Shown: positions 50,866 to 61,478 of the stretch, in pieces
Position numbering within the stretch: position 1 is the stretch's first letter
Layout: each line of letters starts with the position of its first letter
DNA from: Curvularia clavata
Lineage: Eukaryota
Length of the DNA: 64,000 nt
Assembly (NCBI GenBank): GCA_023920165.1
Contig: CP089276.1
Coordinates: 62,001 to 126,000, forward strand
Reading direction: 5' to 3'
Notes under the pieces: generated by a model
Told to the model about the DNA's origin: nothing
Databases searched by the model: none
Seen by the model: the letters and a program-made list of their open reading frames with translations, nothing else
Translations under genes and position numbers: made by a program

Positions 50866-50956
50866 CATCTCGGGCGGGGCTCGAACCCGCAGCCTTTGGA
50901 TTAACCTGGAGGAGATTAAGTAGAAGTCCAACGCGCTACCATTGCGCCACCGAGAC
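50866..50956 (-). tRNA. tRNA-Arg(UCU) with 19-nt intron
   Basis: Acceptor GTCTCGG/CCGAGAT, D arm GCGC/GCGC, anticodon stem TTGGA/TCCAA with TCT at 50922-50924, intron 50902-50920, T arm GCGGG-TTCGAGC-CCCGC, downstream T5 terminator. Confidence 0.97.
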
Positions 50957-51348
50957 TTGAGAGGGAAATCAACAAGACTTGAAATTTTTGAGACATGACT
51001 AATTCATATAGTGCAAAATATGTTGGTTGATGACTAGCAAAGCTGCCGTAAACTTGGGTTCCGCGTTTGTGGATACAAAGGGCGGGGCAAGGGCTGAAGA
51101 ACACGTCATTGTGCGGGGACGCGACGGAGGGGAAAGATAGGATAGTGGTAGGGGTGTGAAGTGGTGAGAAAGGGATAGATTCGACAACGAGCATTATACA
51201 TATCTAAGAACCATCAGATCTTCGTATGCTTGTGGTATTTTTTCTTTTTTTGCATTTGTGAGAATGGTACCAGTACATTTTGTCTTCGTCCCTCTGTCGC
51301 TCGTAAAAATACCCACTCACAACCACAGTTTCACCAGCCTACCTTCTC

Positions 51349-52563
51349 TCACCCTTCCACCTCCCTCAGCATATCTAACAGAACACTGTTATCTAGACTG
51401 CCAGAATCACCGTCATGCAATGTATCCATCGCACCTAGTCTCTTTCTCCAGATGTCCCGCAATTGCACCCGATTCGACTCCCAGCTAACCCACGCCGCAG
51501 CTTGGAGAAAGCAGTCTGCAACGTCGTCCAACTTCTTCATCTGCGCCGCCGACATGTCTTCTGGAACGCTATCCGGGGTCTCTTCGACAGTGCTCTTCTT
51601 TTTGCTGCGACTGGGTTTGACAGGGAAGCACAGCGCTTGATACGTCGACTGTGCATTCTTGCCAATCTTGAAGGAGATGGTAGGTGTATTTTTGGTAGTT
51701 GTTGACGCCGTAGAGGCCGGCGATGCAGTGAGCCACGATCGCAACAGGGAGATTTTAGCTTTTTTCTCTGCTTTCGAGCGACTCAGCTTAGGACCGGCTT
51801 CTTCCGGTGCACCTGCTGCTAGAGATGAAGTCCCCTCTCCTCCAGCATGTCGCTGCGCACTTTGTCCCAGCCAGTAGTGACCCACGCGCTTTGGATCCAC
51901 GCCAAAAACGTCGTATAGCCCTTTCTCCTCTCCCTGATTGAGATCCATCTCTTTCCGCAGCATGCCCAGCCGCTCCGCATACAGCGTCTTCAAAACCGCC
52001 CACAACATGCCTTCCAGCGTGTTGACGCGAAGAGTCCACTGCTGCACCGCGCTACCGCCGCCTGATCGCCACCTCTGCTTTTCAATTAAAATCACGTCCG
52101 GGGTTCCAGGTAAGATGGTCTCTTTGACAAGCTTATAGGCGGTTCTCGACAAGACATCTAGGGAATAAGGATCAAGATCTTCGTCTGCACCCATGTCTCT
52201 CTTTTCAGTCGCACTCGGCTGGGCAATCGATGTCTCAGAATCTCGAGTCGCAGGCGCAAGATCTATCTTTTCCCACCTCAAGACGTCCATAGTCGCATTT
52301 AAACTGTCCTTAACCGGGTACGAAATTTCTGCTTCGCAAAAAGCTAGGTTCTTGATACCCATGTCGATGCTGACAACACGGAGTTTTTCATCTGTTGGCC
52401 GTGACAACTCCCATTCTGGACGACGGGTGAAGAGGCGCGGCCGCGTGATGTCGTGCCGGAAGCGTTCCTCGAGACTGGACTTTGTTCCTGATGATGCTGC
52501 GCCGATGCGTACGAGGAGCGACTGGAGCGCTTTGGCCGTTACAGCCCGTGTTTTTGGCGCCAT
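51349..52563 (-). CDS. CCE1: Mitochondrial Holliday-junction resolvase Ydc2/Cce1
   Basis: SAP-like N-terminus; VVSIDMGIKNLAFC, ILIEKQRWRS, VNTLEGML, KKLDDVADCFLQA. Confidence 0.92.
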   Translation of the reverse strand: MAPKTRAVTAKALQSLLVRIGAASSGTKSSLEERFRHDITRPRLFTRRPEWELSRPTDEKLRVVSIDMGIKNLAFCEAEISYPVKDSLNATMDVLRWEKIDLAPATRDSETSIAQPSATEKRDMGADEDLDPYSLDVLSRTAYKLVKETILPGTPDVILIEKQRWRSGGGSAVQQWTLRVNTLEGMLWAVLKTLYAERLGMLRKEMDLNQGEEKGLYDVFGVDPKRVGHYWLGQSAQRHAGGEGTSSLAAGAPEEAGPKLSRSKAEKKAKISLLRSWLTASPASTASTTTKNTPTISFKIGKNAQSTYQALCFPVKPSRSKKKSTVEETPDSVPEDMSAAQMKKLDDVADCFLQAAAWVSWESNRVQLRDIWRKRLGAMDTLHDGDSGSLDNSVLLDMLREVEG

Positions 52564-53059
52564 TGGACTGGCGACAACAAGTAAGGAAAATACTCGACGT
52601 TGAAGGTTGCTCGCCGATGAAGACCTAGTCAACGGGTTCGCCGGCGAAGCATTGCAGCGATGCTAGTGAAGCATGTGTGGGATCTTGGCTGTGGTTACAA
52701 CCATATTTTGTCTCGTCGCTAGCAACTCTCTCATCGTGTGGTATGAGACTGATCTAAGAAGGAAAACAGGGTGAACGCAATTTAAGCTAATGCTCGCCCC
52801 ACGTGACCCCACCAGAAACCCTCTGAGAAATGTTGGCAGCATACGATCTTTGAGATTTGTTGTTACACTGATTTCAGTTGACATATATCCCAATTCCAAA
52901 GGAAAAAACATTGCGGATCACAGATTTACCAGTAGCTCTGCAACAACGTCTGATCACCACTGATTGCTAAAATGCACAAAATTCAAATACCACTAGCGCC
53001 ATGCGCCCATCCCTTTTAATTGCCCATTTTATCATTGTCCCCATTTTGCCAACTCAATC

Positions 53060-55871
53060 CTAGTCAGTCAGTTCGGCGCTCCTGGTGATCTCCTCCCTCA
53101 TCTCCCTTCCCTTCCTCGCCAAAAGGTTAAGCGCGCTACCAGCAAGCACAAAGCCACACTGATCTTTGGAAAGCGTGTGCTTTGTCTTGACGACCTTCTC
53201 GCTGCCGTCCTTCTTCTTGAGCACCAGTTCGACTTCTCCCTTACCGCCGCTTCTCAACACATCCAACAGCCCCCTTGTTGCAACTTGGTCGCAGGCTGCA
53301 AAGGAATCATAGTCGGCCTCGTTGGCGAATGTCAGAGGGACGATACCCTGCTTCTTGAGATTGGTCTCGTGGATTCGGGCAAAAGACTTGGCAAGAATGA
53401 TGCGTCCTCCCAGATAGCGCGGTTGCAGCGCAGCATGCTCACGTGCAGAGCCTTCACCGTAGTTGTGCTCCGCCACGACAAGCCATTCAATACCCTGGTC
53501 GCGCCACCTCTTTGCCAGCTCAGGAATGCCGGATTTCTTGCCGTCCACGTCATAAGCAACGTTGACCTCGTCTGTTTCTGCGTTGACTGCACCGATAAGT
53601 GTGTTCTCGGAAATGTTGGGCAGATGGCCCTTGTACTTGAGCCACGGGCCAGCGGCAGAGATGGTGTCTGTTGTGCACTGTCCCTTGACCTTGTAGAGCA
53701 CACGCAGATCAGTAAACTCGGAGTCAGGGAATGCTGGGAAGGGGTCAAGCAGCGCCAAGCGGCTAGAGGTAGGCGACACAATCACCTCGACGCTGGGATC
53801 GGGTACGCCTGGCGAGGGCATGAAGTCTGGGTTGCCGGCCGCGAATCCTTCTGAAGGAAGATCCGAGCCCTTGGGTGGCGCAAACTTGAAAGGCTCGCCA
53901 GATGACGTGGGAATGCTGTCCGTCATGGGGTTAAAAGTGGTAGACCCAGAGTATGTCATGGCCGTAATCAGCTCAGGAGATGCCAGGAAATTCATTGTTT
54001 TTCGATTTCCGTCGTTGCGCCCTGGAAAATTGCGATTGTAGGATGTGAAGATGGCGTTGGACTCGTCCTTTGGAACCTCGTCTGTACGCTTCCACTGGCC
54101 GATGCAGGGTCTGAGTCTGTTAGTAGTGCAAACATAAATAAGGCGTGTTAAAGCTCACCCGCAAGCATTTGCCAGGACAGTGCCTCCAGCGGACGTGAAA
54201 GTAGACAGGGTGTTATCCCGGTCCAGTGTTGCGCGGATCTGCTCACTGCCTGGTGTGATGAAAAAGTCGGCCTTGGGCTTGAGACCGGCAGCTGATGCCT
54301 GCTTCACAATCTCCTCGGAGCGTGTCATATCTTGGTAAGAACTGTTTGTGCAGCTACCAATGAGACCGGCACCGAATGTCTTTGGCCATCCCTTCTCTTC
54401 GACTACCGACTTGAACTTGGACAGAGGGGTGGATAGATCAGGGGTGAAGGGTCCGTTGATATGCGGCTCAAGTTCCGAGAGGTTAATCTCAATGACTTTG
54501 TCGTAGACGGCATCTGGGTCGGATCGCAAGAGATTCTGCTGCATTGGCGACTGAGAGATCTTGGTGGCTGCTTCGGCAATTGAGCCACGGTGTGTGGCCT
54601 GCAGGTAGGGGACATGTGCAGGAGAGAAGGGGAAGAGCGATGTAGTTGCACCAACCTCGGCACCCATGTTGCTACTATTGTCAGTTCTAGTCGCGAGTTT
54701 TGATTACTTTCATCCTTACCAAATGGTTGCCATGCCAGTACAGCTCAAGGATTGCACTCCAGGACCAAAGTATTCAATGATGAAGCCAGTGCCACCCTGC
54801 GTCTTCGTTAGCCTAGAGCACTTTTCAATTTCTCAAGTCACGTACCCTGACTGTAAGCTGACCAGCCAAGTTCAGAATCACATCCTTTGGAGAAGCCCAC
54901 CCGCTGAGCTCTCCAGTGAGCTTGACACCCAGGACCTTGGGTGCCTTGAGCTCCCATGGCGCGTCTACCAGAGCATCCACTGCGTCTGCGCCACCCACAC
55001 CAATAGTAATAGATCCCAGACCACCAGCATTGGGCGAATGACTGTCTGTTCCCAGAATCATCACACCCGGTGCACTGTAGTTTTCCAAGACAGTCTGGTG
55101 GATGATACCCGCACCCGGTGGCCAAAATTCAATTCCATATTTCTTCGCCGCCGACTCCAAGAAATCGAAAATCTCGCTGTTGCCCGCAATGGATTGCGGA
55201 AGATCCGCCTCTGCGCCTTTCTCGCCCTATAGCTATCGTGTCAGCCGGGGAGTCTTATCGAAGCCGAATGAAACGAAAGGGTACTTACGACAATGAGATG
55301 GTCACAGTGAATACTTGCCGGGACAGCCGTCGTTGGCAATCCACAGCTCATAAACTGCAACAGAGCCATCTGCGCACTAGCATCCTGCATGGCCACGCGG
55401 TCGGGCTTCAACTTCAAGTTGGCCTGGCCTCGAATGTCTCGTCCGCCATTTGTGTTACTCAAGAGCGACTCTTCTGGGTTCTCAAGATGCGAGTACAGGA
55501 TTTTCTCGGCCAAAGTCAATTGGCGTGAGGAACCGAGCACACGTCGTACTTCCTCAAGGCGAGAGAGCAGCTTGGCATATGGCGGGGTGCGCGAGGCAAT
55601 GTCGACATTGCGAGCCGTGGGCGGGTCGTGAGTTGTAGCTAGACATCTCCGAGGCTGTAGGGCAGATTGACGGAGCGAAGGGAGTAGGTGAGGCTTCGAG
55701 GCTGTCAGCGTTTCGTTCTGTACATTGGCATGGTTGACTGCAGAGGCTCAAGCATGACTGTTCCCATCACGCATTCATCGCACCCCATATGGCATCGCAT
55801 ATTTCTCTAGAAAGTATTCGACTCACCCTGCATTTGGCTGCTTGGCCAGCACGAATTATTTGCGACCGCAT
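53060..55871 (-). CDS. ACO2: Mitochondrial aconitase paralogue Aco2/AcoB (homocitrate dehydratase type)
   Basis: Presequence; [19 protein letters not shown] (Aco2-type N-terminus); [43 protein letters not shown]. Confidence 0.88.
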
Positions 55872-56512
55872 CCTGAAGCTGGTCTGGTGGCGACAGCACG
55901 TTGAAGAAAGACAATTCGCATTCGCACAAATTATCTCCAGCGATATCGCTCCGCGGGTTCTTTCGCGGCAGGGTTAGGGTCAGGCACGCCAGGATTAACG
56001 CCGCCCGCGTGGAGAACCCTACAGCTTCTACCCAATCACACGGCTTTTAGACGTCATCAGTCAATAAGATGAACCCCTACTGTTGTATGCAACTCGAATA
56101 TTTACGGTTCATTGGGGCAAACCTAAGCTGATTTGGTATGTTTTCTGAGAGCTTCATGTTTACAGATAAAGTTTTGATTGCAGACACAATGTCAGACCGA
56201 GCCGCTGCTTTTTACGAATCCCCACAATATTCACGCAGCCAATACATTTACGCAATTTGTCAAAGCACTGAAATTGGTATCCTAATGAGAATACAGAACC
56301 CATGTGGATGGACTGATATTATACCCAGCCACCGGGAAAGATGTGGCCTATGACAAGCAAGCTTACTCGCCAAAGCGGCGGTGGAGTTTTCTAACGAAAT
56401 TCGACAGGCCGCAAACCAAGATAAAAAAAGAGTTATGTTCGGACTGTGCTCAATCAATCAAGTCAAGTTGAGAGGCTGTCGTAAGTGTGAGATCATAGTC
56501 GTTGCTTGACAC

Positions 56513-58538
56513 TTACAAGCCGGGCGGTGGAGGGACCTAGTGATGGTTAGCTAAGACTAGAGGATATTCGAAAAGTATACATACCGCACTGTAGCTGGAC
56601 GGGGAGGCAGCAGGCGGGGGTGGCGGGGGCGGAGCACTGTAACCAGGTGCGGACTCCGAAGGTGGAGGTGGAGGTGGTGCGGCAGCACCAGCCCCAGGAG
56701 TAGGCGACTGTGTCTGTCCGTAACCAGCCTGAGCATAGTAAGCGGCATATTGCTGCTGCTGCATGGCATAGTATGCTTGGTAACCACCATACTGGGCATA
56801 GGGATCCGCCTCAGGGTGCTGCTGGTAATATTGAATCCAGGCTTGGTGTGCAGAATTAGGGTCAAAGGCTTGGCTGTTAGCATCGGCGGTTGGTGTTGCA
56901 GCAGCTGGTGACATGAGGGTATCCTGAGCGCCGTAGCCGTTGTGACCTCCCTGTGCGCCATGTCCACCGTAACTGCCATAGCCACCAGCACCATAACTTT
57001 CGCTTCTACCACGGTCGCCACGGTCGCCACGATCACCATATCCCGGTCGTCCACCGCCGTAACCGTCGCGATCACCGTATCTCGTCGGCGGGCGGTCCTT
57101 GAAAACTTGGTAGTCCGTCTTTACTTTTTCGAGCAGTTCTTCGCAGAGCTGCTTCGCATTTGCTACGCCTTCGGGGCGAGGTCCGCTATATCTCGTCAGC
57201 ATAGGAATACATGACAGCAAGATGGCACCTACGCAATGTGGAGGTACATAGGCTCTTCGCTTTCCTGGCCGGAGTTGGGCTCCAAGAAACCCGAGCCGCG
57301 ACCCTTGATTTGTACCTTACAGCCTGTCTCCTGTTGGATGAACTTGACGTGTTCGCCACCGCGACCAACAACCTGTGCTCGCAAGTTAAAGCCACTAATG
57401 GGCTCAAGGCCTACGGGAATCTTCTCTTCGGGCCACTTGCGCTGTTGCTATGGTTAGCAATGGGGTGACGAAAGTGGTGAACCAAACGACATACCCGACC
57501 ATACTCGTCACGCTCAAAGTTTTCTGGCTCGCGACGGCGGAAGCGACGTTCGTCTACTAGGTTGGGGAGGTCTTCCTTCTTCATCTCTTCAATCATGGCT
57601 ACAGCCTTTTCCAAGCCTTCCTTGGTGGTACTGGTAATGCGGAGATACAATGGTGGGTTCTGTGTTAACGGTCAGCCCGGAAGTGCATACATGTCATTGC
57701 ATACACCTACAGCAGCAGTAGCCATGTTCTTGTCAGGGTAGTATTCTCCACGAGTGGTGACATCTTGCACGTATAAGCAGCTATTCTAAATATCAGCCAT
57801 GGTAATCGGGGTATGCGTACCGGCGCCAGTCTCGTCTTTGATCTATATGTCACATGGAGGTTAGCATTTGATAAACGGGTTTTGGGGCGCTAGAAGATCA
57901 AGTAAGCTCTGACTCCCAATGCAGAGAGATGCGCAAACAGAGTCCGACTCCCACCTCGCGGCGCCGGTGTCAAGGAGCAGCGCCGCGGGGCCGGGAGAAG
58001 ACATGATCCTAGACGATCAGTGAACAGCAAAAACAGTTATTTACCCTCTTTTGTGTAGCTCCTTTGGTCAGTGTGTAACGGTTACGGAGATCGTTGATTT
58101 CAATGTCTTTGATGTAGTCACCATCTTGCTGGTACGTCTCATTGCTAATGGACGCGACAGAGTTGGACGCAGGCGGCTTTGCAGCTGGAGGAGTAGATGC
58201 CTGGACACGGTCAGTGGTGGTCAAGAAGGGTCTGGGGAGGGGCGGCCTACAGCAGAGCGAATGGGGGGCACCTCGACGTGCTGGATTCCCTTCTTCGCCT
58301 GAATCTGCGCATTGATCCTCGCTGCAGCCGCCGCTGCAGCCGCAGCCGCCTTGTTCTTGAAGCTGGCCGACGCAGGGCTGTCTGTGCCTTCACGAGAGAT
58401 GGGACTGCGAGCGCGATGCGACTCTGACTCTCGTCGCGACGGGGAGCGCGAGCGGCGGTCCGTGTCGAAGCGCGAGCGTGCAGGTCGCTCGGACTCGTCG
58501 CTGTCGAAGCGGGATCGTGGGCGGCGTTCTTCAGACAT
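56513..58538 (-). CDS. KH-domain splicing factor (KHDC4/BLOM7-like)
   Basis: RS-rich N-terminus; poly-Ala then RINAQ; DIEINDLRNRYTLTKG; VTTRGEYYPD; FNLRAQVVGRGG; VQIKGRGSGFLE..PMYLHI; Pro-rich tail VPPPPGL*. Confidence 0.88.
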
Positions 58539-58781
58539 GGTGCGGTGGGCGCTTGAGAATGGGTTGACGGCGGTGCAGCTTTTGCAGCAGAAGAAGTCGA
58601 GGTCGCGGCGGAGCCATCGATCAGACATGCTAGCGGCGCCGTTTGCTTAGCTAGCGTGCCGACTTGAGCGTTCCTCCGTGCCTCCGACCATCGGCCGGGG
58701 AGCGACTATTTCACTTTCTGGGGCTCCATTGCCGCAACTCTCCGCCAGCCCCTCGCCCTACACTCGTCCACCCATTGCACC

Positions 58782-59809
58782 ATGGCCTCGAGGCGCGCAG
58801 TCCTGCCGCTGCGCAGCTTGCTCCACAGGCAATGCGCCGGCGCCCTCCGCCCGCAGCAGAGGGCCTCCAGCTCCTCGTCCACCCAGGCTCTGGCCTACAA
58901 GGCCCTCCACCGCCGCATCGCACCGCTCCCCACCGAAGACCGCCCTCCTGCGTGGTCGGCACCCGCTGCTGTCAGTAACATCCTCTACGAAACGCCGCTG
59001 CCATCGCAGGCCCCGCCAAAGCGCCACGTCCTCAATTGCCTGGTCCAGAACGAGCCCGGTGTGCTGTCTCGCGTGTCCGGTATCTTGGCCGCCCGTGGCT
59101 TCAACATTGACAGTTTGGTCGTCTGCAATACCGAGGTAGATGACCTCTCGCGCATGACCATTGTGCTACAGGGCCAGGATGGTGTTGTAGAGCAGGCCCG
59201 CCGCCAATTGGAGGACTTGGTTCCCGTCTGGGCAGTGCTCGACTACACCCAGTCTCCCCTTGTGCAGCGTGAGCTGCTTCTTGCCAAGGTCTCGATTCTC
59301 GGACCAGAGTATTTCGAGGAGCTGCTTGCCCACCACCGCGAAATGGCTCAGCCACAGGAAATGGACGGACTTGAGAACGAGCACATGTCCGAGGATGAGC
59401 GCAACGCTGCGGCACACGAAGCTGCCCGCGAGTCTCTGAGAAAGGACTACCATCCCACAAATCTGCCTGTCAGTCAGGCACTCCGACACAAGCACGAGCA
59501 TCTGCGCGCCATCACATTTATGACTCATCAGTTTGGTGGAAAGGTGCTTGACATTAGCACAAACAACTGCATAGTAGAGGTGTCGGCAAAGCCCAACAGG
59601 ATCGACTCCTTCATGAAGCTGATTGCCCCATTCGGCATCCTCGAGTCGGCAAGAACTGGCAAGTTACCTCGTAGTGCACGTCAGGGATATGTACTAATGT
59701 TGAAACAGGTCTCATGGCTCTACCCCGCTCACCTCTCCATAACAGCGCAGAAGTCGAGGAGATGGAGGCGCAAGACGTTGTCGACAACAGCTTGCTTCCT
59801 CCAGGTTAA
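58782..59809 (+). CDS. ILV6: Acetolactate synthase regulatory (small) subunit
   Basis: HVLNCLVQNEPGVLSRVSGILAARGFNIDSLVV, RELLLAKV, ESART-GLMALPRSP across intron 59659-59708, ending LPPG*. Confidence 0.96.
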
Positions 59810-60670
59810 GCAACAGGAGAAATTGCTCGAGTTTGTTCTATCAGCCTATGCGGGCGTTGCATGTTCCATGTATAGTATGGCGTTTGTCCAGAGGTGAAAA
59901 CTGGTATGGGAGGTACGCTGTAGGGTTGCTTCACTCGGTCGGAAAGGAAAATAAAACAGTTTCTCTCCATAACGAGCGACACATACATACAGCTTCTCAC
60001 GTGATACATCGCCTGAACTGTCTATTTTATCTTACAGTATGCAAGACCATATAATCATGTAACACGCGTTTGGAAATCATATGAGAGCTCCCCATCTTGC
60101 ATTCAAACCCAGCTGTAAGCTCATCAGGGTTGCTAATTGAGCCAGCCTTAGCCAGTTGAATCGATAGGAAATCACCATGTGTATCCTTGGCTTGGCTTGG
60201 CTTGATCTTCCTGTCTATCAAAGCTTGTTTGATGAACTTGAATTTACATATCAGCATGGTAGATTGACAACTCCCGTCTCCAAAAGCCGAGAGCCCCGCC
60301 ATCTTCGGCCCTGTAGAGTCCGTCACACCCGAGCAATGTCACCAACTGAAACGCTTAACAGTGGGGGAAAAATAAGTCGATGGCTAGCGCGCTAAATTTG
60401 GTGCGTAGTCTGCTACAAAACTGAGTCTACGAGCAGTCTAAACGCCCAGCCGGCGCATATCCATGTTCGCATCGGCCCGAAATGGTTTTATAAGCCCATG
60501 TTTAAATGTACGTCGAAGCATCTCTCAAAACCATATTCTGCTCCGTTACCCCAGATTCTTGGCTATTCGGAAAGATCCCGGACGGTGCAAATCATCCTCG
60601 CGTCTCCAGAACAATTTGACTTTCTCTTATTTTATTTCTGCCCAAAGGAAAACGATCGCGCCACACAACA

Positions 60671-61478
60671 ATGATAGGCAAGGAAATTCCCGTACCACCA
60701 GGTCTCAAGGAGGAACCCATCGACCATGCAGTTGATATCATAGCCAAACAGTTCGCAGACGACAAGGCCCAGCGGTACCTTCTGCTCGAAGACTTGGCCA
60801 AGGCGGGGAGGAAGGAGGTTGATTATGAGTTTAACAAGCAGATATTCAGCTCTGTGATTCCAGATATGGTCAAGAATGGCGGCAGATGTTTAACGGTGGA
60901 AGGAAGCGGGATTGCCAGTGTGTGGTATGTTTCTTTCTCATGCTCGGTCTCTCCTTTTTCATTTGTTCTTGCAACCACATTCCCCTTCTCTTTACTTGAC
61001 GTTCGCATCTCTTGCTTCCTGTCGGGGGGTTTGTCATGTCGAATCAAAGCACTAACTCACCTCTTCTAGGGACCTTCACGCTGTAACGGAAACCTACCAT
61101 CCCGTCCCAGGACACCCTGCCGCTGTGACGGAGCTTAACGTTCTCGCACATGAAGCGCGGAAACCACGTGTACCACCCCACTGCAAAGGTGTACTGCATC
61201 TTTTCCTCTTAGCCAACGACCGCTCGCATCCATCAAATGATCCAAGCCGCAACGCCAAAGTCAGCGATGTCATAAGGCCAGTGATGCAAATGGCAAGGGA
61301 AAACGATTGGACAATAGTGCTGGAAGCGACGTCAGAAAAGAGTAGAGACATCTATCAGCATCTAGGGTTTGACCTGGTGAAAGAGTTGACAATCGGGATA
61401 GGGAAGGTGGACAGCGAGGGGAGGGTGAAAGAGGGAGGTGAGGGGGTTCGGCTATGGGTTATGATGACGCCAGTGTAG
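60671..61478 (+). CDS. GNAT-fold protein, 1 intron
   Basis: QFADDKAQRYL; intron near 60926-61069; LHLFLLA..IVLEATSEKSRDIYQHLGF..VRLWVM. Confidence 0.75.

Noticed and set aside
55971..55980. GGGTTAGGGT telomere-like motif upstream of ACO2 as an alternative telomerase template
   Set aside because: Lies about 100 bp from an ATG in a short intergenic gap with no room for a long ncRNA; more likely a promoter telo-box
57890..58012. Resemblance to a fungal TPP riboswitch (ACUUGAUC, GGAUCAUGUC)
   Set aside because: Motifs are in the wrong order, the CUGAGA and UAAU..GCG core elements are missing, and the host is not a thiamine gene
60027..60326. 99-aa minus ORF between ILV6 and the GNAT gene
   Set aside because: No recognisable motif or splice support
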